A stretch of DNA of 37,818 bases from Candidatus Altiarchaeota archaeon (GCA_043813075.1 JBDRLL010000037.1:1-37818), one strand, 5' to 3'. Shown: positions 1 to 9,878, counted from the stretch's first letter. The notes: generated by a model from the sequence alone, not told the origin. Translations and numbers: made by a program.

Positions 1-1715
1 GAGTTGACTATTTTGGTGTATCCGTTGGTGTCGCAGGTTGTGCCTCCGTTGGTTGTCGTATGGCATAGTTCTATGTCCATTCTTATGTCTGCGTCGTTGG
101 TTGCTCCCATGTTGAAGCATATTTTGTCTCCGGATTGTATGATGAATCCTGGCATGTTCTTGTAGGTGAATCCTGATGGGTAGTAGTTTTGTCCGCTTCC
201 GAATGGTATGCAGTTGCTCCGGTAGGTGCTTGCCGGAGTCGCATCCGCTATAGTGCTCTGGCAGGGGGCGTTAACCAGCGTCGTCGTAGTTGTTGTGACA
301 GCACCCACGCACACTTCTCCAATAACCTTAGTGTAGGTGTTGGCGTTCACTTCCACGCTTACCGTGGCAGTGTCGCTTACCGGACCAGTTAGGCTTGAAA
401 TTCCCTCAGCCACTACTGTTCCAGTGTACGTCTGCGATGGCGTGGCGCTTTCCGGCACGTTCAGGGTAGACTGTCTGTTGACGCATGTTCCGCCCAGTAT
501 GTTGCCGAGGCTTGTTCCCCCACTGAATGTTATCCAGCTGCCCGCTCCAGTCGTCGCCAGGGTGACGTCGCTTATCACACCCTCCCCCGTATTACAGATG
601 ACGTACTCGTTAGTCTCGCTTCCAGTCGGCGGGAGCTGGGTGTCCCATGTCTTAGGTGAAATGAATAATTCGCTCCCACTCCCCGAGTCTATAACACTTA
701 TCTCCACAGTAGAATCGTCTGACAGACCATCATCTCCCTCAGCAGTCACACTACCCTCGTAGACCCCCAGTGGTGTTCCGTCCGGCACACTGAATAACAG
801 CCGCCTGGTCTTACAGTTCCCAGAACCTATATCCCCTATGAACGCGCCATCCACGTAAGTTACCCATGAAGAAACGTCGCCAGACGAACTTAAACCAACA
901 TTATATGCCGTCCCATCCCCGTTGTTGCATACTACAAAATCCTGGGTTGCGCTGCCGCCCACAACGATTGCAGGCATCCACGAGTCCGGGTAAAGCTCTA
1001 TAGACTTGTCCTCAAGAACCAGTATTGAGACTTCGACGTTGAAGCTCTCCGAGTCATTTGATACTGTAATCGTCTCGTAATGTACGCCCCCTTCCGTGCT
1101 CTCCACCGCATCCACCTTCAGGATGAACGTCCCCTCATTGTTCCCGCCAACGCCAATCAATACGAGCGAAGGCTCCGCAAGCTGAGTGTCACTCGACTCT
1201 ATCGTGAACAGCAAGTCAACGTCACCCTCGTTCTTCAATGTGAGCGTCTCCTCCACCGGGTCGTCATCCCTCCTAATCTGGAAGCTGAGCTTGCTCGGCA
1301 CCACCCTGAATGCGAGGTCGCCGAACCTCACGCAGTCACCGACGCTCGTCACAGTCACCCAGTATCCGCCTTCCCTCCACGGTATGTCTCCTGTCACACA
1401 CGTGTCCGCGGACTCGACCACATCCTGCAAGCTGCCCGCGAGGTCCATACGGTACCGGATGTGCTTTCCAGAGACCTCGCTGTTGTTTATGCTGGCCGGT
1501 ATGTTCACGAAGACCCTGCTGCTGGCGCCCTCACCCTGCCCGTACACGTAGTTCGCAGTGTCCTTCAAGACTTTCAGCGACGTCCTCGCCTTAATGGCAT
1601 CGGTATTCCTCTTAGAGTCGGAGTAGTTCTGGTATGCGATACTGAAAACGCTAGCCATGACGATCAAGGCTATGCCGAGGATGACCAGCAGTTCAGCGGA
1701 GACTTGCCCTCTCAT
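1..1715 (-). CDS. Large type IV pilin-like surface protein with class III signal peptide, Ig-like repeats, Thr linker and distal domain (3'-partial, runs off window)
   Basis: Not in the ORF track because it has no stop in the window. Manual translation from ATG 1715 is open to base 3: MRG/QVSAELLVILGIALIVMASVFSIAY... (basic-G/QxSxE + hydrophobic helix), then DTANYVYGQGEGASSRVFVNIP, three ~95-100 aa beta-rich repeats (P..W/F...CNxG...SW...VP...YxG), TTTTT, then NCIPFGSGQNYYPSGFTYKNMPGF... Confidence 0.85.
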   Translation of the reverse strand, partial: MRGQVSAELLVILGIALIVMASVFSIAYQNYSDSKRNTDAIKARTSLKVLKDTANYVYGQGEGASSRVFVNIPASINNSEVSGKHIRYRMDLAGSLQDVVESADTCVTGDIPWREGGYWVTVTSVGDCVRFGDLAFRVVPSKLSFQIRRDDDPVEETLTLKNEGDVDLLFTIESSDTQLAEPSLVLIGVGGNNEGTFILKVDAVESTEGGVHYETITVSNDSESFNVEVSILVLEDKSIELYPDSWMPAIVVGGSATQDFVVCNNGDGTAYNVGLSSSGDVSSWVTYVDGAFIGDIGSGNCKTRRLLFSVPDGTPLGVYEGSVTAEGDDGLSDDSTVEISVIDSGSGSELFISPKTWDTQLPPTGSETNEYVICNTGEGVISDVTLATTGAGSWITFSGGTSLGNILGGTCVNRQSTLNVPESATPSQTYTGTVVAEGISSLTGPVSDTATVSVEVNANTYTKVIGEVCVGAVTTTTTTLVNAPCQSTIADATPASTYRSNCIPFGSGQNYYPSGFTYKNMPGFIIQSGDKICFNMGATNDADIRMDIELCHTTTNGGTTCDTNGYTKIVN

Positions 1716-1748
1716 CAGTAATATATCTGAATCCAGCGGAATAAAACG

Positions 1749-3887
1749 CTATTCAGTCCACTTGACCAGCGAGTTGTCGTATTGTACAGCATACGGCTTC
1801 CGGTATATGCCGCCAGTATCCTGCCATATGGCGAGTTTGAGGTAGTGCAGGCCCTTATCCTGCAGTTTACCTGTGCAGTCCACGGTGACTTTCGCCCATT
1901 CCGTCGTCCCTGTCAGCTCTCCGCTAGACCATATCTGGGTCCCGTTCACTGGTTCGCCGTCCTCTCCATCAAGGAAGACGTATGCCACCAGGCTCTTGGG
2001 AGCCTCCTCAAACACCGGTATCCTCCAGTCAAAAATGCATTCCGCTTTTCTAGCCTGCTTTTCTGTCCTGAACTCCTGCACCCAATAAGCTCCAACACCC
2101 TTGCTCCTATCCCTTCCAGCGTTTATCTCGATCAGGCCTCCCGGATTCCCGCCCGATACCATCCATCTTCCAGTCAGCTTCGCATCATTTGAGTCCCGGT
2201 CCCATAGCCCGAATCTCCAGTATTCCGCGCTTGAACTGAAGCTTGGGTTTCGGGTGTACTTGAATACGCCGCTCGGTATTGTGGTTGTTGAGGCGGTTGT
2301 TGTAGTGGCCTTGACTGTCGTGGTCGTACTCTTGACTGTAGTGCTTGTGCCTATCGTCGTCGCGGATGCCTGTGTTGTGGCTGTCGCGGTCGTCGTGGTG
2401 ACTGTCGTCGCATGCGTCGTTGTCGTGGTCTCAAGTTCTTGCATGGTAGTGGTCGTCGCTTTTAACGTCGTCGTAGTCATTATTGTGGTACTGGTCGTGG
2501 TTGTTATGTTCCCCCTCACCATGATGTTGTCGAAGTTTGTTATGCTCTGGTATGAGTATACGCCCACACCACCTTCCGGGTGTTTATCATCCCTCCATCC
2601 TATCTTGAGTCTGCCGTCGTAATAGCAGTTTATCTCAGGGCCGAAGACTTCCGCCTTGATGGTGAAAGTCTCTCCAATCGTATAGTCCTGGTTTGCTTCA
2701 ACTAGTTTCGTGTTCTTCCCATCGTCAAACCTGACGAGCAATAGTTTGTCGTCGTCAGACACAATAAGGCAGGCATAGTAGTTGGAGAGGTCTTTAGCAC
2801 GGAAGATAATCCCGCCATTACCGCTCGTGACCATCTGGACGTCCGCTTCCACGCTGTAGTTGCTCCATTTCGCGGGTCTGACAGAGTAAGCCTTCCACTG
2901 GGGCTTCTCAAGGAGCGTGTATTGCCCGTTTTTGATGCCCCATCTCCCCTCCCCCACGACAAATCCATTGGCTATTTCGTCATTGAAGTTCTCTTCCAGT
3001 ACCACTCCTGGCGATAGCGTGGTGCTTGTCGTCGTTGAAGTTGTGGTGGTCATGCTTGCCGCCAGCTCCTCGTTTATCACAGTGAGGTTCACCGTGAAAA
3101 GGACGGTTGAAGGCCCCTCCTCGTCGCCTACAGTGACCCATCCCCCTGGCGCAAGGTTCTTCAGGCTAATGGTGTTCACTCCTCCAGGAGTGTACTGCGG
3201 GTTCTTCAATACCAGCGTCTTCGGGCCGTCACTATCGCAGTTCGCGTTCCCTGAGATGTTGCCCATGCTGTTTCCGTTTAACGATATCCTTATGCTGCTT
3301 TTTCCTGTTGTCCCTATCAGCTGCGACAGTGTTATCCTCGCCTCGACTATCCTCGTGTCTTTTGGCAGTGCGTCAGCGTAACTGCATTCGAGCACTGAGC
3401 CGTTGTAGTCTCCAATGTGCTCAGGGTTCCCGCACGGATTCTCATACCATCCGCTGCACCTCTCCCTCCCTATCTTGTACACCTTGTTTATCCTCGGCAG
3501 CCATGAGATGTCCTCCAGCGTAGTGGTGGTCTGCAGTGTTCCAGTAGTACCGGTGGCAGCATCCCCCATAGTTGTCGTCGTCTGCGTTTCAACAGTGTCT
3601 TCAACCGCTTGTGTCGTCTGCGTCTCCCGCGCAGGTTGAGTGGTCTCAGTCTCCTGCGCAATCTGGGTCGTTTCAGTATGCATGTTGGTGGTCAGGGTCG
3701 TAGGCGTTATAGTCGATGGGGTTGGACCTCCATCCTCTCCGCCCGACAGTAGAGTGTATAATGCGGCAGCAAGACCGAATATCATTATGAGTATTACAGC
3801 CGACAGTATGATGAGCTTAGGGTTTAGGGTGATGTACTTCACCTTCTCTCCCCTTACCAGTATCAGCGACGGCTTTTCAGAACCCAT
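1749..3887 (-). CDS. Membrane-anchored Thr-rich surface protein with a central DUF1080/LamG-like (concanavalin-fold) domain and a C-terminal jelly-roll-like domain
   Basis: 712-aa ORF. N-terminal hydrophobic helix and three Thr-rich linkers. Central WSNYSVEADV...GGIIFRAKDLSNYY...GGVGVYS...FDNIMV resembles DUF1080. C-terminal NPSF...W...GNPGG...YDN pattern. Confidence 0.7.
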   Translation of the reverse strand: MGSEKPSLILVRGEKVKYITLNPKLIILSAVILIMIFGLAAALYTLLSGGEDGGPTPSTITPTTLTTNMHTETTQIAQETETTQPARETQTTQAVEDTVETQTTTTMGDAATGTTGTLQTTTTLEDISWLPRINKVYKIGRERCSGWYENPCGNPEHIGDYNGSVLECSYADALPKDTRIVEARITLSQLIGTTGKSSIRISLNGNSMGNISGNANCDSDGPKTLVLKNPQYTPGGVNTISLKNLAPGGWVTVGDEEGPSTVLFTVNLTVINEELAASMTTTTSTTTSTTLSPGVVLEENFNDEIANGFVVGEGRWGIKNGQYTLLEKPQWKAYSVRPAKWSNYSVEADVQMVTSGNGGIIFRAKDLSNYYACLIVSDDDKLLLVRFDDGKNTKLVEANQDYTIGETFTIKAEVFGPEINCYYDGRLKIGWRDDKHPEGGVGVYSYQSITNFDNIMVRGNITTTTSTTIMTTTTLKATTTTMQELETTTTTHATTVTTTTATATTQASATTIGTSTTVKSTTTTVKATTTTASTTTIPSGVFKYTRNPSFSSSAEYWRFGLWDRDSNDAKLTGRWMVSGGNPGGLIEINAGRDRSKGVGAYWVQEFRTEKQARKAECIFDWRIPVFEEAPKSLVAYVFLDGEDGEPVNGTQIWSSGELTGTTEWAKVTVDCTGKLQDKGLHYLKLAIWQDTGGIYRKPYAVQYDNSLVKWTE

Positions 3888-3925
3888 TGTTAGATATTAT
3901 ATTAATTAGTAAATAATCTTATCGC

Positions 3926-5203
3926 ATGGATATAAACCAGATTATAGAGTCGGACTCTGACGTACGCTCCTTCATATCCTTCAACAAGGGCCTGGTTGAC
4001 TCCAGCAGTTCAGGCAGGCTTTCCGGACTTAAAGTGGCAGTCAAATCCAACATATGCGTTGACGGCATGCTAACATCCTGCGGTTCAAAGACCCTTGAGG
4101 ATTATACAGCACCCTATGACGCCTTCGTTATAGAGCGGGTACGGTCTGAGGGAGGATTCATAGTCGGGATGGCAAACATGGACGAGTTCGCGTGCGGCGC
4201 GTCCGGCGAGACGTCATTCTACGGCGCAACCAACAACCCTTCTGCAATGGGGAGGATACCGGGGGGCTCTTCAAGCGGCTCTGCAGCGGCGGTTGCTGCA
4301 GGCTTTGTGGACATTGCTTTGGGGAGCGATACCGGCGGGTCCATACGGAATCCAGCATCCCATTGCGGTGTCGTAGGATTCAAACCAACTTACGGCGTGG
4401 TCTCAAGGTATGGTCTCATAGACATGGCGATGAGTCTAGACCAGATAGGCCCGTTAGCCAGGGACGTTAAGAGCGCCGCACTCCTTTTGAGTGTTATAGC
4501 GGGGCATGACCCGCGCGACGAGACTTCCCTCGACCTTGACGCAGGCTTCTACGACTTCGCAGGCAAACTAGACTCTGACGTGAAGGACGTTAAGGTGGGT
4601 TATGCCCGCGAGTTCGACGGATTCATAGCAGACGACGGCATAAGGAAGAACATGCACGCTGCATTGGATAGGCTTTCCTCAAGCGGTGTTGAAGTTGTCG
4701 AAGTCACACTACCCAACCTTGACCTGGCAATCCCAACCTACTATCTTAACGTGTACGTCGAGTTCTTCTCAGCGACCCGCAAGTATGATGGTAGGCGATA
4801 TGGCCACAGGATAGGGGACGTCTGCGGCGAGGAAGTCCTGAGGCGAATACTCCTCGGCAGTTTGATAAGCCAGAAGGAGTATTCCGGTAAATACTACCGC
4901 AAGGCACTTCAGGCCCGCTCAGTCCTCCGGAGGGACATGATGGATGCGTTGTCCGGGGTTGACGTGCTTGTGGGCCCTACTGTCCCAAAGCTCCCGCACG
5001 AACTGGGTTCAGTCATCGACGACCCGATGGTCATGTACGCTTACGACGTGTTCACTGTTCTCGCGAATCTCGCTGGCCTTCCTGCAGGCAGTGTTCCCGC
5101 CGGAGACGTGGGTGGGGTGCCTGTCGGACTCCAGGTGATAGGGAAGCCTCTTGGCGACCAGAATGTATTGGACGTCATGCATGGTTTTGAGGGGGTGTCT
5201 TGA
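3926..5203 (+). CDS. gatA: Asp-tRNA(Asn)/Glu-tRNA(Gln) amidotransferase subunit A
   Basis: Amidase signature GGSSSGSAAAVAA...GSDTGGSIRNPASHCG; NMDEFA; KPTYGVVSRYGL; EVLRRILLG; YYRKA. Confidence 0.95.
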   Translation: MDINQIIESDSDVRSFISFNKGLVDSSSSGRLSGLKVAVKSNICVDGMLTSCGSKTLEDYTAPYDAFVIERVRSEGGFIVGMANMDEFACGASGETSFYGATNNPSAMGRIPGGSSSGSAAAVAAGFVDIALGSDTGGSIRNPASHCGVVGFKPTYGVVSRYGLIDMAMSLDQIGPLARDVKSAALLLSVIAGHDPRDETSLDLDAGFYDFAGKLDSDVKDVKVGYAREFDGFIADDGIRKNMHAALDRLSSSGVEVVEVTLPNLDLAIPTYYLNVYVEFFSATRKYDGRRYGHRIGDVCGEEVLRRILLGSLISQKEYSGKYYRKALQARSVLRRDMMDALSGVDVLVGPTVPKLPHELGSVIDDPMVMYAYDVFTVLANLAGLPAGSVPAGDVGGVPVGLQVIGKPLGDQNVLDVMHGFEGVS

Positions 5204-6064
5204 ATGGTGTTGGAGTCCCTCGTTGTTCCAGAGAGTATGGAATGCCATCCTTCCCGCATGATTCCAGTAGGATTCCTATACGCCACCGTCGGACTGCTGT
5301 TGGCCTACTTCATATTCGGCGACTACGCGAGCATGTCCGCCATATTTCTAACCACAATGCCTTTAATTGTCGTCATATTCGACGCCATAAAATACGAGGA
5401 GTGCAAGGATATGGGCATATGCAAGGAATACGTGCTCATCAAGGAGCATATGCGTGCCGTAATGCTCTTCGTCTACCTGTTCCTCGGATTATTCCTAGCA
5501 TACTCCTTCTGGTTCGCAGTGCTTCCCACTGAAATATCAACCTCCCTATTCAACACGCAGATAGAGACTATCAACGCGGTCAGAGCGTCATTCAAGGCAA
5601 GTGCGACAGGATACGCCGTCGGCAGGATGGAGTATGCTGAGGTCATATTCTTCAAGAACCTCAGTGTCCTAGGCTTATGCATACTATTCAGCTTCATATA
5701 CGGTGCTGGAGCAATATACATACTCACGTGGAATGCTTCTGTCATAGGGGTTGCCGCCGGGCAGATAATCGACAACACGCTCCACAAGTTCACTGGCTTG
5801 AGCGGCGTGGGGATGGCAGTCACATACATCGGCGCGCTGCCTGTGAGCATGATATACCTCGTTCACGGGATTCCTGAGGTGGCGGCATACTTTATAGGCG
5901 CTCTCGGCGGCGGCATAATCAGTGTTGCAGTGGCAAACCACCAGTACAAGTCAAAAGAATTCAGGCGCATAGTCATGGACTCGATCGATCTCATACTTCT
6001 CTCAGTCCTCGTCCTCGCCATCTCGGCGTTGGTCGAGGTGTACGTCACACCATCCTTCTTCTAG
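5204..6064 (+). CDS. SpoIIM/DUF95-family integral membrane protein
   Basis: Multiple TM segments; IFFKNL, WNASVIG, HGIPEVAAYFIGALGG, SALVEVYVTP motifs. Confidence 0.8.
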   Translation: MVLESLVVPESMECHPSRMIPVGFLYATVGLLLAYFIFGDYASMSAIFLTTMPLIVVIFDAIKYEECKDMGICKEYVLIKEHMRAVMLFVYLFLGLFLAYSFWFAVLPTEISTSLFNTQIETINAVRASFKASATGYAVGRMEYAEVIFFKNLSVLGLCILFSFIYGAGAIYILTWNASVIGVAAGQIIDNTLHKFTGLSGVGMAVTYIGALPVSMIYLVHGIPEVAAYFIGALGGGIISVAVANHQYKSKEFRRIVMDSIDLILLSVLVLAISALVEVYVTPSFF

Positions 6065-7530
6065 TTCCTCTTAAGCCAGTCGAGGTCGCTTATGTAGAGC
6101 TCGCGTATGTCCTTCAAACCCAGCCTCAGAGTCACTACCCTATCCAAGCCAAGACCCCACGCCAATACAGGGCAGTCTATCCCGAGGAGTGGCTTAACCA
6201 CTTCAGGCCTGAATATGCCCGCCCCACCGAGTTCTATCCACTCCCCCTTATCCTCGAAGTACACTTCAGGCTCGACGCTCATCTCAGTGTACGGGAAGTA
6301 GGCTGGCCTGAACCGGATTTTCTTGAATCCCATCTCGTCGTAGAATTGTTTCAGTATCCCCAGCAGGTGCTGGAAGTTGACTCCAGGGTCTGCTACTATG
6401 CCCTCCACCTGGTAGAATTCCGGCAGGTGCTTGTAGTCGACAGCCTCGTTGCGGAACACCTTACCAACGCTGAACACCTTCACCGGCAAGTCTTCCTTGG
6501 TTATGCTGGCCAGGTATCTGGCAGTCACCGCGGTTGTGTGGGTCCTCAGGAGAGTCTTTCTCGCAATATCCTCACTCCACTTGTACTGCCATCCGAGGCT
6601 TCCGGTGTCGCCGCCGTCCTCATGCGTCTTACCCACAATCTTCTTCAACTCTTTGAACCTGAATATCCCCACCTCTTCCGGCTTTTTGAGGTAGAATGTG
6701 TCGTGCATGTCCCTGGCGGGGTGGTCCTGCGGCTGGAACAGCGCGTCGAAGTTCCAGAACGCGGATTCGACGTACGGGCCTTGTATCTCCATGAAGCCCA
6801 TTCCAGTGAAAATCCTCCTGACCTCCGCTATCTGCCTCTGCAGGGGGTGTTTCTTGGCAGGCCTCGCAGGCTTCACATAGACTGAGACGTCGTAGGGCCT
6901 TAACTCGTTGTTCCTCCATGATCCTGAGACGAGCATATCGGTCGTCAACTGCGAAACCCTGTTGTCCTCCTCCAGCCCGGCCTCCATGCTTAAACCCTCT
7001 CTAGTGGGCTTCACTGTTATGACCTTCACTTCACTGGTTTCGACAACGTTTTTACGGCTCTTGAGTTGTTCCAAAGCGTTGAGTTGTTTTTCATCCAGTT
7101 TGCCTGTGTTGACCGCACCCTTCTTCAGGAGTCTCAAGAGTTTCTCGTCTTCAGTCTCATCGCTGTTAACAACCTTAACCCTCCCGTCCTCGACCTTCAC
7201 TTGGCCTTTCTTCCTCAGCCACCCTAAACCGATATTGAACACGTCCTTCCCGGACTTCTTCTTCAAATCCTGCATGCCAGCCCCACCGCCGATCAACCCC
7301 ATCAACTGCCTCTCCGGAAGTCCTTTCTCAGCGTACTCCACTCCCTCACGTCCAAGCCTCACGTCTTGACTAACATCCTCCACAACCTCAACAAGTTTCT
7401 TTGTCTTCAGCCAGGATACCGCCCTCAAGACAGCATCCTGCTCGAGCCCCGATGCTTCCGCAAGCTCTCCTGGCGTGGAATCCTTCTTCAGCGTCTTCAA
7501 GACCTTGATCTCGTGCGGGTGCAGTTCCAT
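6061..7530 (-). CDS. pheS: Phenylalanine--tRNA ligase alpha subunit (archaeal type)
   Basis: FWNFDALFQPQDHPARDMHDTF, LLRTHTT, FRNEAVDYKHLPEFYQVEG, FRPAYFPYTEMS, LAWGLGLDR. Confidence 0.97.
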   Translation of the reverse strand: MELHPHEIKVLKTLKKDSTPGELAEASGLEQDAVLRAVSWLKTKKLVEVVEDVSQDVRLGREGVEYAEKGLPERQLMGLIGGGAGMQDLKKKSGKDVFNIGLGWLRKKGQVKVEDGRVKVVNSDETEDEKLLRLLKKGAVNTGKLDEKQLNALEQLKSRKNVVETSEVKVITVKPTREGLSMEAGLEEDNRVSQLTTDMLVSGSWRNNELRPYDVSVYVKPARPAKKHPLQRQIAEVRRIFTGMGFMEIQGPYVESAFWNFDALFQPQDHPARDMHDTFYLKKPEEVGIFRFKELKKIVGKTHEDGGDTGSLGWQYKWSEDIARKTLLRTHTTAVTARYLASITKEDLPVKVFSVGKVFRNEAVDYKHLPEFYQVEGIVADPGVNFQHLLGILKQFYDEMGFKKIRFRPAYFPYTEMSVEPEVYFEDKGEWIELGGAGIFRPEVVKPLLGIDCPVLAWGLGLDRVVTLRLGLKDIRELYISDLDWLKRN

Positions 7531-7618
7531 AGCAATAGGAATATGAATCCGGGAAATAAAAGAACCTAATGCAGTATTACTCCAACATCAAAGTATGGTG
7601 GGCCCTCAAGAAGACAGT

Positions 7619-8383
7619 CTACACTAATTCACGCAGGTCCCTTATTATCCTGTCCGGCGTTATCCCGTCCTCTATCCTGCTCTCATCCCTGTTGACCCAT
7701 ATGGATTCTATCCTGCATTGGTTGGCGCCCAGTATGTCTGTGTGACGGCTGTCGCCTATCATGCACGCCTCCCCCGGCTCCGCGCCGAATCTTGAAAGCA
7801 TGGCCTTGAATATCCTCCCGTCAGGCTTTCCGTAGCCTATCTCGCAGGACACCAGTATGTGTTTGAAGTAGTCCTTGATGCCTGTGGCATTTATCTTCCC
7901 CCACTGTATCATCGGCGCCCCATTAGTGATCAAACCAAGCGGATGATCCGCTGAAAGCCTATCCAGGACCTCCAGTGAATCCGGATACAGGACGTGTCTC
8001 CTATCCCGTTCCACCCGGAACCTCTCCGACAGTTGCTGTGCGAACTCCTCATCGTGCACTCCAAAGTCCATGAGTGCGTTGAACCACGAATGTATCCTAT
8101 ACTCGCCCACAAGCCCTCTCAGCATGGATAGGCCCTTACCTTCCCCGCTGAAGTCCCCGCTCAAGCCCTCCCACGAGCTTATCCCCATCTCCCTGCAGTA
8201 CGGGTGCGTTGGCATAAGCTTCCACAGAATCCTGGAGTGCCCCCTCACCCTCTCCACAAGCATTCCCGGTCTTATGTGGTATTTCTCTTCAGCGGGCCTG
8301 CATGCCGCGTAGAACGCGTCTTCGACTGAAGCCTCCTCCTCCATCAGCGTGTCGTCCAGGTCGAACAGGATAATCCTCTTCAT
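7619..8383 (-). CDS. HAD-superfamily hydrolase (subfamily IA)
   Basis: Motif I FDLDDTL, motif II ITNG, motif III KPD, motif IV IGDS...DILGA. Confidence 0.9.
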   Translation of the reverse strand: MKRIILFDLDDTLMEEEASVEDAFYAACRPAEEKYHIRPGMLVERVRGHSRILWKLMPTHPYCREMGISSWEGLSGDFSGEGKGLSMLRGLVGEYRIHSWFNALMDFGVHDEEFAQQLSERFRVERDRRHVLYPDSLEVLDRLSADHPLGLITNGAPMIQWGKINATGIKDYFKHILVSCEIGYGKPDGRIFKAMLSRFGAEPGEACMIGDSRHTDILGANQCRIESIWVNRDESRIEDGITPDRIIRDLRELV

Positions 8384-8386
8384 GGC

Positions 8387-9832
8387 TCACACGTAGTCGA
8401 ATCCACCGGTCTTGACGCCAGTCTTCTTCTCGAACCTGAACTTGCTTTCACCGCCGCCTTTTATCTCTATCCTGTCGACAGTGCACATGAGGAATGGTAT
8501 GTCCAGTATCGCGCCGGCTATAATGCACTCCCCAACATCAAGGCTGTCCAAGTCCCTCACTATGTCCTCATTAATGCACTCGAAGCTCTTCTTTATGTGC
8601 TCCTTGTCCCTCGGGTTCGTGATGTGCATGTACACTCCGCTATTGCACTGGGAGAGTATCTCCTCGTCTATCTTGCTCGGCTTCTGGCTTACCACCAGGA
8701 GACCGACACCGAACTTCCTCCCCTCCGAAGCTATCCTCTGCAGCTGTCTCTTGCAGGAGTGGGTTACCTTGTCGCCAGCGTAATTGTGCGCCTCCTCCAC
8801 CACAAAGAGCACTGGATCGTCTATCCCGCCACCCAGCTCGTTGACCCTGCTTATCCTCCCGTCAAGTATCTTCTTCGAAAGGTATGAGATTACTGACTGC
8901 CTCACCGCCTGCGTTGCGAGCGACGCGTCTATCAATGTTATCTGATACGGCTTAACCAGCCTGGCCACATCGGTGCCAGTAAGGTCGAAGATGTCCTTGA
9001 ACATCATCTTGAGTCCGGACATGCGCCTCTTCAAGGCCTTCGCACTCTCCTCGTGCACTTCAGTCTTGCTGGTCTTGTCCTGCGTCAAGGCTATCACCTT
9101 GTCGCACTCCTCTATCACGTCGTCAAGCGCATATCCCCTCGCCCCCTTCCTGTCCGCCAGCCTGCTCAAGACGACTTCAAGCGAGTAGACTTGGTTGTCG
9201 TTCAGGCTGGCGAAGTGTCTGAAGTCCATTGCCGTCAGGTCTGCGACAGGTATCTTCAGGCTCTTAACACCCTGCCTCCCATGCCTGACAGTGTACGTCT
9301 CCACGTTAAGCTGATGGTCTTCACCAAGCTTTGCCAGCAGCTTCAGGTATTCGCCGTGCGTGTCCACAATCACTATAGGCAGGCCTAAAAGCGAGAATTC
9401 CTTAACCAGGTTCGCGGTGAGGAAGCTCTTCCCAGAGCCTGTTGACGCAAGCACTGCGATATGCCTGTCGTATTCACCTGCCTTCACGTAGGCCCTCGCG
9501 CCAGTCCCATACACGTTGCCGAAGCTTATGGTGTCGTCTGAAGAAAGTATGCCCTCAAGCTCCTCCACGCCCGCCAGCCTAACCCTCTCATGCGGCTTTA
9601 CCGGCCTCTTAACCTTCCTGAGCCTGCCGCCCTCGAGCCGTCCGAATATCTGCGTCCTGGCTATCAGCTTCTGCCTGCCGCCTATCTTCTCATCCTCCAG
9701 GTACTGCATTCCAGCGACTATCCCATAGTGGTCTCCTATCCTAAGTATGCTCCCCAGTTCAATCCCAGGGTCATGGACGAGAACGTCAACACTGTTGCCT
9801 TCAGAGCCCACAACCATCCCAGCCGAATCCAT
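8387..9832 (-). CDS. HerA/FtsK-family ATPase (HAS barrel + DUF87)
   Basis: HIAVLASTGSGKS (Walker A), IVDTHGEY, VVEEAHNY (Walker B), SEGRKFGVGLLVVSQKP. Start placed at ATG 9832 (9838 also possible) because the ORF-track start at 9880 collides with the divergent gene. Confidence 0.88.
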   Translation of the reverse strand: MDSAGMVVGSEGNSVDVLVHDPGIELGSILRIGDHYGIVAGMQYLEDEKIGGRQKLIARTQIFGRLEGGRLRKVKRPVKPHERVRLAGVEELEGILSSDDTISFGNVYGTGARAYVKAGEYDRHIAVLASTGSGKSFLTANLVKEFSLLGLPIVIVDTHGEYLKLLAKLGEDHQLNVETYTVRHGRQGVKSLKIPVADLTAMDFRHFASLNDNQVYSLEVVLSRLADRKGARGYALDDVIEECDKVIALTQDKTSKTEVHEESAKALKRRMSGLKMMFKDIFDLTGTDVARLVKPYQITLIDASLATQAVRQSVISYLSKKILDGRISRVNELGGGIDDPVLFVVEEAHNYAGDKVTHSCKRQLQRIASEGRKFGVGLLVVSQKPSKIDEEILSQCNSGVYMHITNPRDKEHIKKSFECINEDIVRDLDSLDVGECIIAGAILDIPFLMCTVDRIEIKGGGESKFRFEKKTGVKTGGFDYV

Positions 9833-9878
9833 GTACATAGAAAATAGAAATATAGCATAAAAACAATCAATAACTAAC

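Noticed and set aside
1-215. AAC-rich segment as a DGR template repeat
   Set aside because: It is an in-frame coding domain with a general A/C third-position bias; no second copy or RT is visible.
1716-1751. The TAG stop of the 712-aa gene is in frame with the pilin ATG with no other stop between (possible amber readthrough)
   Set aside because: The downstream gene has its own N-terminal class III signal, in-frame junctions arise one time in three, and other genes end normally in TAG.
189-3909. Plus-strand ORFs such as 337-762, 1080-1721 and 2101-2622, and similar antisense ORFs across the window
   Set aside because: Shadows of real opposite-strand genes; poly-Val runs mirror poly-Thr codons.
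8387-9832. HerA anti-phage system (Sir2-HerA or DUF4297-HerA)
   Set aside because: No Sir2 or co-oriented nuclease partner upstream; motifs look like housekeeping archaeal HerA.
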